This document shows positions 49,596 through 58,643 of a DNA stretch of 64,000 nt, piece after piece. The notes below the pieces were generated by a model. The model ran no database searches, was not told where the DNA came from, and saw nothing but the letters and a program-made list of their open reading frames with translations. A program made the translations under genes and the position numbers. This DNA comes from a virus (Duplodnaviria; Caudoviricetes). Each line of letters opens with the position of its first letter. The first letter of the stretch is position 1. The stretch lies in IMG/VR virus record IMGVR_UViG_3300043754_000129, positions 160,001-224,000 of that record, one strand, 5' to 3'.

Positions 49596-51089
49596 TTATT
49601 TGTTGCGGTTATGAAGTTCTTTGAATGCGTTCGCAAACGCGGGATCGTGACTCGTGAGGGTGATGCGGGGCCGCTCGTCGGGATCTGCAAAGTCCGGCTG
49701 GCGTTCGTCTTCCGGGATCGTGTCGATCGAATCCTCATTGTCTTGCTCGTCTCGCGCTTCCTTGAGCTTGAGCTTGACGATGCGGACGATCTTCTCGTTC
49801 TCGGTAATGAGACCAATGCCTGCCCGGTGATCGAGCACCAGCAACACGACGCCATACTTGCGGCGGATGAACTGCGCCCAGCGTTGTGGCTTACCCCCTG
49901 CCATCTCGCCAATGACGCGCTCCAACTCCTGATCAATCTCAGGCGTCGCACACCAGGGCTTGAGCTTCAGATACGCCGTCATCGCGTTGAACTTCTCATC
50001 CTTGAGCATCGCTGAGCGGATGTGGAAGAACAGGCGCGTTTCTTTCTGCTCGACGTTGCGCGGCTTAAAGCTCGGCGGGAAGACCTTCGCGATCAGGTAC
50101 GGCGTGAGATCATCCACGCTATCCATCTCGAAGAAGCGCTTCACGGCAATCGCCTTCAACTCGTCCTTGTCGCCAACCAAGCGCGGCGTGCGATACATGG
50201 CCACGTAGTCGTTCAGGAGTTCGTTGATCTGCCCCGAGTTGAACTTACCGGCCAGCTGCGTGCCGTTGTAGACTTCCGTCTGGTCCCGGCGCAAGCGTCC
50301 CTTCGTGGCAATGCCCGCGTTCTTCTTGCGCAACACTTCAGCCGCATCCTTCACCTGCAAGAGTTCCTTCTCCTCCAGGAAGACGAGCTCCTGCTCAAAG
50401 CGCAGGTTCTTCACCTTGTTGCGGTTCACCAGAGACGCCGCCTTCATGTCGGCAAAGCTCCAGTAGCCGATCAGGTTCGCCACCAGTGTCTGACCGATGC
50501 CCGGCACAATGACATCCCATTCCTTGGCGGTCTTGGTGAGGTCAAAGAGGCGCTTGACATAGAGCTCCAGCTTATCCAGATAGAACTCTTGACGGCTGTG
50601 GATCTCCTCCAGAATCTCCACGAGGATCGTCTTGTTGCGCGTGAGTTCAATACAGCGCTTGTGACGCCGCAAGAACGTATCGAGTGCCGCCTCGGTGCCC
50701 GTGAGTGTGGGATTCAGGGGCGGAATGCGGCCCAGACGCTCCTGCTCCTTGAGCGCCGCTGCCTGCTTGCGTTGGAGCTTCTTCTGCTCCTTTTGCTCAC
50801 GGCGTTGACGCTTTGCTTCACGGGCTGCTTCGGCGTGCTCGGGGCGGATGAGGGACTTCGGAAGAAAGAGGTTGACAGGTGGGCGCTCAGCGAGTGAGCC
50901 CTCGGGGACGAGATCTTCCAGAAGCAACGCCGGCTGCTCGACATCCTTCTCAGGAATCTTGTTGTCGTAGTAGCTCGGATCGTGCTTGGGTTTCCAACCG
51001 GTGACACGTTGAATCGGTTCAGGCTGCTGGGGAGGCTCGCCTTCCGGACTCAGGGGTTTGCTGTTAAAGAAATCGTTAAGGGTGAACAT
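49596..51089 (-). CDS. hypothetical protein with basic coiled-coil segment
   Basis: 497 aa; GAGG RBS; K/R/Q/E-rich helix. Confidence 0.7.
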   Translation of the reverse strand: MFTLNDFFNSKPLSPEGEPPQQPEPIQRVTGWKPKHDPSYYDNKIPEKDVEQPALLLEDLVPEGSLAERPPVNLFLPKSLIRPEHAEAAREAKRQRREQKEQKKLQRKQAAALKEQERLGRIPPLNPTLTGTEAALDTFLRRHKRCIELTRNKTILVEILEEIHSRQEFYLDKLELYVKRLFDLTKTAKEWDVIVPGIGQTLVANLIGYWSFADMKAASLVNRNKVKNLRFEQELVFLEEKELLQVKDAAEVLRKKNAGIATKGRLRRDQTEVYNGTQLAGKFNSGQINELLNDYVAMYRTPRLVGDKDELKAIAVKRFFEMDSVDDLTPYLIAKVFPPSFKPRNVEQKETRLFFHIRSAMLKDEKFNAMTAYLKLKPWCATPEIDQELERVIGEMAGGKPQRWAQFIRRKYGVVLLVLDHRAGIGLITENEKIVRIVKLKLKEARDEQDNEDSIDTIPEDERQPDFADPDERPRITLTSHDPAFANAFKELHNRNK

Positions 51090-51179
51090 ACTTCCTCACT
51101 ATACAGTGGATGGGTGGGGTACGGCATAAGACCCAGGGCTGACTGCTCCCCGGGTCCAAAGGGTACTGCTATCTAGTTA

Positions 51180-53423
51180 TTAGGAAGGGTACTGCGGCGT
51201 TGGTGCGGGACCTGCAACGCGCTCGATCAGAACTGTAATCGGCGTCATGATTGCACCAACAAAACCAGCCGGGTTACCTGCCAGACCACCTTCAGTCGGC
51301 TGCCAGCCAGCAACACCTGCAACCGTATCGTTGCCATAACTGGCCACGCTTGTCCAGCCAGAGCCAGAATACGTTTGCGTGGCCCACAGCGGCATCGGAA
51401 TCACCTGATTGGGGCCGCTATAGACCCCACAGGCGCTTGCGGCGCTCGTGCAGTTGCCCCACATAGCGTCTTCATTTGCAAAGGCGCCAGAGACCGTATT
51501 GATGAAGTCCGTCACACTAGCAAAGACCCCATCAACAGCCGCATGGGCGGTCACCGTGTTACCGATGCTGAAGCCCGTTGTCTCGGTGCCGCTGTAGTTC
51601 ACCAGTTGCGTGCCCACAGCCACAGGACCATTAGCACCAAAAGCATTCGTCCACAGCGAGTCGATGTCGCTGTCCGTGTTGATCGGCACGGCCGTCGGCA
51701 GCGAGGCCTTGAACGCCGGCAAGAAGTCCAGAGCCGGTGAGAGCGAACTGGAACCCACACCACCCGGGTAGTTGTAACCCGGTGCATTCTCATTGCCACC
51801 CGGGGTCGTGCCCGCAGGCATTTCCTGGTTAGCAATCGACATGAAGCCCGTCGCGTCGCTGTAGTTCGTGACGCCATTGATGCTCGTCGAGCTCGTGTAG
51901 TTCGGTTGTTCGAGGATGAAGTTCACCCCCAGCCAGCCAAACTCCGTCGCCTCGTTGAAGTTGTAGATCAGCGGCTGAACTTCCATCTCCAACGCTTGAC
52001 CCGCATGCGCGAACTGATACGTGTAGGTCGGCGCGTACGGCACGTAGTACAGATTGATCGACGCGGTGATCTGCGTGTTGTCTGCAAACACACCCTGCAC
52101 CGTCAACGTGAAGACCGTATCAGAGACATTGCCGCCATCGACGTGCAGCTGCCAAGCAGCGGCTGCGTACACCGATTGCCCGCTCAGGTTGTTCGGGCTC
52201 GTGAAGCTCGATCCACTCGGATCCACCACGGTGGCCGACATCACATTCCACTGGACTGGCTGGATGCTCTCCGGTTGATTGTTCGCCGGATTGATGAGCG
52301 TCAAGTCCAGATAGCAATCTGCGGTGCCGCCTGTGAAGGCCACCTTGGCGTTGTTCGCGGGCTGCCAGCCGGCTGTACCGTCGACGGTGTCGTACATCGT
52401 GCCGTTGAGTTGCAGCGGCAGCATCTCGGGACCACCTTCAGCCCAGTTCTGTTGCCAGCTGGGGCGCACACCTACGACACCCGGATTGCTGGTCGTCGGA
52501 TAGCTGAAGGCCGAAACCTTCGTCAGCGTCACCGTGCCCACAATCGTCGAGTTATCCCCGTACGTGCCGGTGAGGGTCAGGGTCGTGACTTCATCCATCA
52601 CGAGGTTATCGCCATCTTGCGGCAGATACGACAGATACCATTCGGCATCCGAATACACCGACGTGCCATTACCACCAGGTGCTGAGACAGACGAGTTGCC
52701 CATCGTGATGTTGCTGCTGACCGCCGTGATCGCCCACGACGTTGGCTGTTCCGTTTCCAGTTGCAGGGTGCTGGAGTTGATGACGGCGATTTCCAGATCC
52801 GCCTCACCCGAACCATTTTCCGCATACTGAATCGGATTGGTGGCCGCATTCGCCCAAGGCGCGGTGCCATCCACGTTGAAATACATCGTGGAGCCGATCT
52901 TGGTGACTTCCCCATACTGACTCGGCGAGCCCCAACCTTGGAACCAGGCAGGACGCACGCCCAGCACCGGCGTAGGCGGTGTGACGCCATCGGACGAGCC
53001 ACCATCACTCGACCCAGTGCCATCGCCACTCGTGCCGTCTGAGCCCGTCGGAATGATGTCGCCAATCGAAGAGCCCGTGACGTTGGTGATCACTGTCGCG
53101 GTACTCAGGTCCGCGTAGTAGCCACCATTGGTCGCACGCATCGGGAACTCAACAGCCGTCACCCAATGCGTCGTCACCGCCGCCGTGTTGTAACACACGC
53201 AGATTTGTCGCACCCAACCACTTTCATCATTGTTGGGGTCATCCGAGAACGTCACAAAGAACAGTGTCGCATTCGGATACTTCGCCTGCGCGATTGTGGT
53301 CGCCTGCTGAACCAGAGCATGCAGCGTGTTGTAGTCCGTCTGGTTCAGTGTGATCTGTTGGATCACGGCGTCCGCAAGTTGCGCCAGAGTCCGAAAACCC
53401 TGACGCCCGAAAATCAGAGACAT
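51180..53423 (-). CDS. putative surface/receptor-binding structural protein with tandem duplicated beta-rich domain
   Basis: T/S/G/N-rich; two ~150-aa repeats beginning GVRPAWFQGW and GVRPSWQQNW, each with M.Y..VDGTA.W and SVY..A.W.L. Confidence 0.6.
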   Translation of the reverse strand: MSLIFGRQGFRTLAQLADAVIQQITLNQTDYNTLHALVQQATTIAQAKYPNATLFFVTFSDDPNNDESGWVRQICVCYNTAAVTTHWVTAVEFPMRATNGGYYADLSTATVITNVTGSSIGDIIPTGSDGTSGDGTGSSDGGSSDGVTPPTPVLGVRPAWFQGWGSPSQYGEVTKIGSTMYFNVDGTAPWANAATNPIQYAENGSGEADLEIAVINSSTLQLETEQPTSWAITAVSSNITMGNSSVSAPGGNGTSVYSDAEWYLSYLPQDGDNLVMDEVTTLTLTGTYGDNSTIVGTVTLTKVSAFSYPTTSNPGVVGVRPSWQQNWAEGGPEMLPLQLNGTMYDTVDGTAGWQPANNAKVAFTGGTADCYLDLTLINPANNQPESIQPVQWNVMSATVVDPSGSSFTSPNNLSGQSVYAAAAWQLHVDGGNVSDTVFTLTVQGVFADNTQITASINLYYVPYAPTYTYQFAHAGQALEMEVQPLIYNFNEATEFGWLGVNFILEQPNYTSSTSINGVTNYSDATGFMSIANQEMPAGTTPGGNENAPGYNYPGGVGSSSLSPALDFLPAFKASLPTAVPINTDSDIDSLWTNAFGANGPVAVGTQLVNYSGTETTGFSIGNTVTAHAAVDGVFASVTDFINTVSGAFANEDAMWGNCTSAASACGVYSGPNQVIPMPLWATQTYSGSGWTSVASYGNDTVAGVAGWQPTEGGLAGNPAGFVGAIMTPITVLIERVAGPAPTPQYPS

Positions 53424-53444
53424 CCTCGTCTCCTAGAAGGATGG

Positions 53445-54017
53445 TTATCCAGCCATAGCCAGACGAACGGCTCGCATCGGATCGTTGTAGTGAGCGTTCA
53501 AGCTCAGCCCATTACTGTCGATCTGTACGGCCACCGGGAAGTTGTGATTGCCAAGCGCCTGGAGTGCACGCGCAGCCTTGATCACATTGTCAAGCGCTTC
53601 GAGCTCTTCTTTGCTTACTTTCCACTTGTTCTCGCGCGCCAGCTTCTCGGCTTCGCTTTCTTCCGGCAGACTGAACGTCACTGCACCGTAATCGTGCAGG
53701 TTCAGGGTCAACTGCATCTCGCCGATCACTTCCGCGTTGTGGAAATGGTTGCCCGGCAGACTGACTTGAAACACGATCTTGGGTTTGACCGTGTCCGCAT
53801 CGACGAGACGGCTAAACTTGTACTTCGGATTGAACGTACGACCCGCGTTCTTCACCTTACCTTCTTCGGCGATGGCTTCAGCACGCTTGACCAGTTGCGT
53901 GATGTCGTCATTCACCATGAAGTCTTGCAGCTCGTTGCGCAGGAAGAAGATCCCGCTGATTTCCTTGTTCAGAATCGCGTCGAGCGTTTTGATGTGTTTT
54001 TCTTGCAGCATAGCCAT
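53445..54017 (-). CDS. hypothetical protein
   Basis: 190 aa; protein-like composition. Confidence 0.7.
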   Translation of the reverse strand: MAMLQEKHIKTLDAILNKEISGIFFLRNELQDFMVNDDITQLVKRAEAIAEEGKVKNAGRTFNPKYKFSRLVDADTVKPKIVFQVSLPGNHFHNAEVIGEMQLTLNLHDYGAVTFSLPEESEAEKLARENKWKVSKEELEALDNVIKAARALQALGNHNFPVAVQIDSNGLSLNAHYNDPMRAVRLAMAG

Positions 54018-54088
54018 GATTGGTTCTCGGTGGTTGTAGGTTGACTAGCCTCATACGATCCCGAGGCGTGTAAGTTTCTACTCGTACT

Positions 54089-54547
54089 TTACAGTGCCTG
54101 GATCGCGCGGATGCGGATGGCGTTGAAGGGATCCGGCTTCGCTTCCATGCGCAGGATGGCACCTTCGGGGCGTTCCCAGGTGAAGGGCATCTCATCGCCT
54201 TCGCTGTTCAGCTGGCTCTTGTCATAGCGCACGAAGTCAGCCACGTAGTAGTGGTTATCCGTGCCGCGAAAGAGGTGCTCGCGTTTCTTGCCCATCGGAT
54301 GTTCGGCGGGTAGGTTCACTCCGAGCGGGCGGATGTTGGTAATCACCACCCCGACTTCTTCCAGGCTTTCCTTGGCGACCGTTTCTTCTGCCGTGTGGTT
54401 CTCTTCCACCCCGCCGCCGGGGAAGTTGTAGCAGACCGTCATACCGTTCACCCGCACCTGACCGAGCAGGATGCGACCTTCCTTCTTGATGATCACGCGC
54501 GCCACCATGCGCAGGGGAAGATGCGAACGATCGATGTTTTGTTCCAT
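54089..54547 (-). CDS. Nudix hydrolase
   Basis: Nudix box FPGGGVEENHTAEETVAKESLEEVG. Confidence 0.85.
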   Translation of the reverse strand: MEQNIDRSHLPLRMVARVIIKKEGRILLGQVRVNGMTVCYNFPGGGVEENHTAEETVAKESLEEVGVVITNIRPLGVNLPAEHPMGKKREHLFRGTDNHYYVADFVRYDKSQLNSEGDEMPFTWERPEGAILRMEAKPDPFNAIRIRAIQAL

Positions 54548-54661
54548 TGCTTTGCTCCGTTTGGTTTGTTGTTGTGACCTTGATTGGTAGGTCAGTGGCA
54601 TTATATCTGTCTGACTTTTCTTTCATTGCGGCATAAGGGGCGGGACTAGCCCGCCAGCCTT

Positions 54662-55159
54662 TTACCACATCAGGTAGTTGGGCGGTGTGTCACCCTTGCC
54701 CCCACCGAGGAGCGTGACTTGCTTATTCGCGAGCCACTTCACGAGATCGACCTTTTCCTTATTCAGGATGTTCTTGTCGATCGTAGCCTGAGTCTTCCAC
54801 TCAGTCTTGATCTGGTTGTGCTCGTTGGCGTTCTTCTGCCACCCGTCTTCTTCCGCCAAGCGGATCGTGTACAAGAAGAGTTCGAGTTGCTTGAGCTCGG
54901 CGAGCGTCGGCGCCACTTCCATCGGGAAGCGCACCCGGATATGGTTGCCCCGGCGCTCATACTCGGTCGACTGGAACTTCTTCTCGATCATCGAGGCGAA
55001 TGCCATTGCAATGGCTTCATCCCGACTGGAGGTCGTATAGAGCCACTCGTTCGATTCGGTCTCGTCCCATTTGACGATCTCACCGCTGCGCAGGTAACCC
55101 GGCATCAGTTCGTTCTGGTCGAACCCCGAGCCGTGATACAGCAATTTCTCAATAGCCAT
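54662..55159 (-). CDS. putative ADP-ribosyltransferase-fold protein
   Basis: N-terminal LYHGS, central WLYTTSSRDEAIAMA, LYTI strand and late EW, matching the H-Y-E ART pattern. Confidence 0.4.
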   Translation of the reverse strand: MAIEKLLYHGSGFDQNELMPGYLRSGEIVKWDETESNEWLYTTSSRDEAIAMAFASMIEKKFQSTEYERRGNHIRVRFPMEVAPTLAELKQLELFLYTIRLAEEDGWQKNANEHNQIKTEWKTQATIDKNILNKEKVDLVKWLANKQVTLLGGGKGDTPPNYLMW

Positions 55160-55171
55160 TATTAGTTCTCG

Positions 55172-55198
55172 GAATAAGAGGGGAGCCGAAGCTCCCCC
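55172..55198 (-). terminator. intrinsic terminator-like hairpin ending the oxygenase operon
   Basis: GGGGAGC-UUCG-GCUCCCC followed by UCUUAUU. Confidence 0.7.
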
Positions 55199-55203
55199 GG
55201 CGT

Positions 55204-55758
55204 TTAACGCGTGATACCGTGCTTGTACATGAAGCGGCGCATGTCGTCCATGGCAGTCTTCGTCAGGAGCGTGTTGTACATCGAACGATCCCAGACCTTC
55301 GCTACCAACTCCGCACCCATGTCCTGCTCCATATGGTTCGCGACTTCGATAGCGATCAGCTCATGGATTTCCACATTGGTCACCATGTGGCTATGAAAGC
55401 CAAAGCGATTGTGGATGCTATTGTCTTCGAACGCATCGAAGAACGCCTTCGGACGCTTGGCCACGCAGAACAAATACGCAAGCCACTCCGCCTTCGTGCC
55501 AATCAGGGCCTGGAGCAGATCCCGATCGGTAAACGAGGCACTGGGCGTCGTGAAGATGTTCGTGCCATAGATCGAGTGGAACAACCCCGCGACCTGGACG
55601 TGCTCGGGCATCCCCCACTTCTTCAGGAGGTCTCGCGTACCCTTCAGGTGTTCGAAAAGAGTCCGGCCCGTATGACTGGTCGTGTCCGTATGGAACTGCT
55701 TGAGACAGTCCTCATACGGATCGTAGTCGTGCGCCACTACCGCGATGGGAAACCCCAT
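55204..55758 (-). CDS. HD-like protein resembling DUF6817
   Basis: HTGRTLFEHLKGTRDLLKKWG..AGLFHSIYGT motif; TGATG coupling to the oxygenase gene. Confidence 0.7.
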   Translation of the reverse strand: MGFPIAVVAHDYDPYEDCLKQFHTDTTSHTGRTLFEHLKGTRDLLKKWGMPEHVQVAGLFHSIYGTNIFTTPSASFTDRDLLQALIGTKAEWLAYLFCVAKRPKAFFDAFEDNSIHNRFGFHSHMVTNVEIHELIAIEVANHMEQDMGAELVAKVWDRSMYNTLLTKTAMDDMRRFMYKHGITR

Positions 55759-56387
55759 CACGCAGCTTCCGTCGGCATGACGGGCTTGGCACCCACGTGC
55801 GACTTGAACACGAGTGCCGTACGCAGATGCGGACAGTCGCGCGCCGGCGCATTCGCCTTGTGCGGGATGTGGCCCGGGAACGTCACGATACGGAACGGCA
55901 CGGCCGCTGCGGCCTTGATGATGTCCTTCTCGTCGAGCGAGTAGAACAGCGTCTCGCCGCCCCAGGGTGCCTTCCAGTCCGGGTTCGTGTAGATGATCGT
56001 CGAGAAGTAGTTCTCGGTGTCGCGGTTGTCGACGTGGATGTAGCCTTCCGTGCCGAACGTGTGGGCGTTGCCATACGCGCGCAGCGGCTCGTGGCCTTGC
56101 AGGATCGTCTTGCTCAGCAGATCCCACACTTGATACACGGAGAAGTTCTCCGGCTTTTGGCGCAGCTGGTCCGCACAGTTCACGCGGCTATTGAGGTCGC
56201 CACCTGCGAAGTGCGTGTGCCAGAAGCTGTACTTGTCCTTCTCGGCGTTGCTCTTCCAGCCATAGGCCCAACGCGGCTGCTTCATGAGCGCGGCGATGGC
56301 GTTCTGGAGCTCAGCCGGGATCAGTCCGTCATGGATCTGAATGCGGGCGATGAGGTCAGCGTGCTTCGTTTGAATTGCTTGGTTCAT
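55758..56387 (-). CDS. 2OG-Fe(II) oxygenase (prolyl-4-hydroxylase-like), copy 3
   Basis: HVD, IIY..W...WGGETLFY, FPGHIPH, LRTALVFK. Confidence 0.85.
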   Translation of the reverse strand: MNQAIQTKHADLIARIQIHDGLIPAELQNAIAALMKQPRWAYGWKSNAEKDKYSFWHTHFAGGDLNSRVNCADQLRQKPENFSVYQVWDLLSKTILQGHEPLRAYGNAHTFGTEGYIHVDNRDTENYFSTIIYTNPDWKAPWGGETLFYSLDEKDIIKAAAAVPFRIVTFPGHIPHKANAPARDCPHLRTALVFKSHVGAKPVMPTEAA

Positions 56388-56397
56388 GGTTCTCTTC

Positions 56398-57021
56398 TTA
56401 CATGCGGAGGATCTGCTTCGAGCGGAACGAGAGCAGCGGAAGGTATTGCGGAGCTTCACGGGTCGGCCCGTTCGGCTTGTGGGGCAACAGTCCCGGGAAC
56501 GTGATCACGCGGAACGGTTTCGGTTCCACCGCGCAGATGATGTCATTCATCTCACGATCGTAGAAGACCATCTCGCCACCCCAATGAGCTTGCCACTCAT
56601 CGAAGGCAAAGATAATCGTCGAACGATAGTTCGTCAGGTTCAGGCCATTGCCCATCTTACCCTGATCCTCAGGATCAGTGTTGTCACCGTGCGCATAGCC
56701 TTCGCAGCCGTGATGAAACCCAATCACGAAGGCGCGCATGAGACTGTGGCCTTTCAGGAAGGTACTCGTAAAGAGCTTCCAGATTTCAGCCGAGTCGATC
56801 TGGTGACCGTCACGCATGAGGTTCTCTTCTGCGTTTTGGTTGCCGCGCAACGGATTCGCCACGCTGCGGCCCCAGACGGGATACTCGTCCCAGGGCGCGG
56901 TCTGCCAGCTATAGGTCCAGAGTTCCTTCTTCACCGTAGCGGCGAGTCGGTCCTGAATGTCTTTCGGGATGATGTCGTCATAGACGTGCACCTCATCCAT
57001 CAAACTACCCATTGCTTTCAT
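56398..57021 (-). CDS. 2OG-Fe(II) oxygenase, copy 2
   Basis: HGD, WQAHWGGEMVFY, FPGLLPH; the usual 2OG-binding Arg position reads LPLLSF. Confidence 0.8.
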   Translation of the reverse strand: MKAMGSLMDEVHVYDDIIPKDIQDRLAATVKKELWTYSWQTAPWDEYPVWGRSVANPLRGNQNAEENLMRDGHQIDSAEIWKLFTSTFLKGHSLMRAFVIGFHHGCEGYAHGDNTDPEDQGKMGNGLNLTNYRSTIIFAFDEWQAHWGGEMVFYDREMNDIICAVEPKPFRVITFPGLLPHKPNGPTREAPQYLPLLSFRSKQILRM

Positions 57022-57602
57022 GTTTCTCTTCTTTTCCTCGAACGAAAACCGAGCACACCACGCATCTTGTCAGTCTCTCGTGTTGGGGGGCTGATGCGGT
57101 GAGGGATGTGGCCGGGCGAGATGATGACGCGAAGCGGCTTAGGCTCAATCACCTTGATGATATCCGACTCATCTTGCGTGAAGTACATGAGCTCCCCGCC
57201 CCAATGAGCTTGCCACTCACTGTGGATATAGAGAAGCGTCGTGTAGTAATCCTCTTCTTTGCCATCGATGTGGACGTGACCATCCATGCCTTGCGTGAAG
57301 CTCAGCGCCCAAAAGCGCAAGAGTTCATGCTCGGGCAAGTACTTCTGTTTGATGATCGCCCAGAACTTACCAAGGAGGTAGGTGCGCCGATCTGCGTAGA
57401 GTTCTGCTTCGCAGTTCCCCAAGTCAGTAGCGTCCGAGCCTCCCATAAACAACGCGCCCCAGTTCTTATACGCGTAGTTATTGGTGGTCCAGTTGTTAGC
57501 CCAAATGGGCTGTTGCGTCAGACGTTGCAACTCCCCGCGCAGCGCCTGAGGAATCGGTACATCGTCGTAGACTTGTACCAATGCTGCCAGGTCTTGTGTC
57601 AT
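57018..57602 (-). CDS. 2OG-Fe(II) oxygenase, copy 1
   Basis: HID, WQAHWGGELMYF, SPGHIPH, MRGVLGFRS. Confidence 0.85.
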   Translation of the reverse strand: MTQDLAALVQVYDDVPIPQALRGELQRLTQQPIWANNWTTNNYAYKNWGALFMGGSDATDLGNCEAELYADRRTYLLGKFWAIIKQKYLPEHELLRFWALSFTQGMDGHVHIDGKEEDYYTTLLYIHSEWQAHWGGELMYFTQDESDIIKVIEPKPLRVIISPGHIPHRISPPTRETDKMRGVLGFRSRKRRET

Positions 57603-57619
57603 TTGTTTAAGCTAGCAAA

Positions 57620-58180
57620 ATAAAAAAAGGGGTAATGCCACAGCCCACTGAGGACGGCCGTGGTACAGCGTTCATCTATCTCATCCGGGGAGACGACCGT
57701 TTCAATAGACTTCTACTGTACCCAAACGCACACTAGCGTTGACGCTCGCACCGATACACTGATGCGCCGAACGGATAATCCTCAGCAGGCTGCGTTCTAG
57801 GAGCAAAGCTCAACCAGAGTACAACTTCCCAGATCCACTGGGCGTACCGAATAGGCAGTCGGGCCAGCAAGAAACCCTTTGCGTGTGGGCAAACACACGT
57901 GGTCTTTTAATCGGTATCAGACCATAGACTGTGAGAACAGCTAAAGAGGAAGCAGTGTATCTGGTACCCCCACGGCACCCTGTGGGCTCTAGGCTGTCTC
58001 ACGACAGTCTGTTGTCAAGCCCATCACACCAACAACCACCACCGAGATAAGGATCTCGTGCCGCACTTTCGCAGGCGTTTCACCTGAGCGTTCCCCGACC
58101 GTGGTAAAGACCACAATCAGAGGCACTGGAGACTTGCACTCCTCTTCAGACAGTATCAACGGTACTACCAGGGATTTCTC
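57620..58180 (-). ncRNA. large structured non-coding RNA of unknown class (~550 nt)
   Basis: No credible ORF. Terminal helix 58160-69/57631-40 is followed by a U-tract. A 14-bp helix (57779-92/57641-54) contains G-U pairs only on the minus strand. A 9-nt loop-mediated pairing links 57953-61 and 57753-61. Many short hairpins, some with GNRA loops. Confidence 0.7.
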
Positions 58181-58208
58181 CCCGCATAGAATAGCCGTCG
58201 TGCGGTTT

Positions 58209-58643
58209 TTACTTATCCATGGCCCCATTGACCGCGCCTTGCACCACGCGGCGCACCAGCGACTTGGGCTTGCGTGCACCGAGGTGCTGATGGTCGTCCG
58301 GGGTCATCGGGATTTCCGAGCTCTGCTTCAGACGCACACCACCGGCCGCTGCCACGAATTGGGCACCGAGCGACACCGCCCCAGCACTGAACGCCATGCT
58401 GTTAAACGAGTGATGCCAGATCGTGTCAAGGTAGGTGAACCACAGGAAGAACACGCCGAACAGTCCGCACAGCAGGTACGGGATCAGACGGGCCGGGTCG
58501 ACGTCACCGTTCCAGCTGGTGAACATGTCACCGCAGACTTTGGCGATGAACGCGAAGACCATCGAGAGTTCTTCCTGGATGAACTTCACCAGGACTTGCA
58601 GGGTCACATACGGGCCAATGCGGGCCCAGAGCTTTTGCCACAT
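58209..58643 (-). CDS. two-TM membrane protein, possibly holin-like
   Basis: GGAG RBS; DMFT..D..RL, two TM segments, AAGG..K..E.P ending reminiscent of small proteobacterial-phage holins. Confidence 0.45.
   Translation of the reverse strand: MWQKLWARIGPYVTLQVLVKFIQEELSMVFAFIAKVCGDMFTSWNGDVDPARLIPYLLCGLFGVFFLWFTYLDTIWHHSFNSMAFSAGAVSLGAQFVAAAGGVRLKQSSEIPMTPDDHQHLGARKPKSLVRRVVQGAVNGAMDK

Noticed and set aside
57630-58200. Group I/II intron, tmRNA, RNase P or retron interpretation of the structured region
   Set aside because: It interrupts no ORF. No group II domain V, no tRNA-like CCA end or tag ORF, no GAGGAAAGUCC, and no reverse transcriptase nearby. AGACU/AGUCU only weakly resembles group I P7. 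A covariance-model search is still needed.
57989-58279. 96-aa minus ORF and 58101-58736 plus ORF overlapping the RNA region
   Set aside because: No RBS, atypical codon usage, overlap with the better-supported gene 58209-58643, and coverage of only part of the gap.
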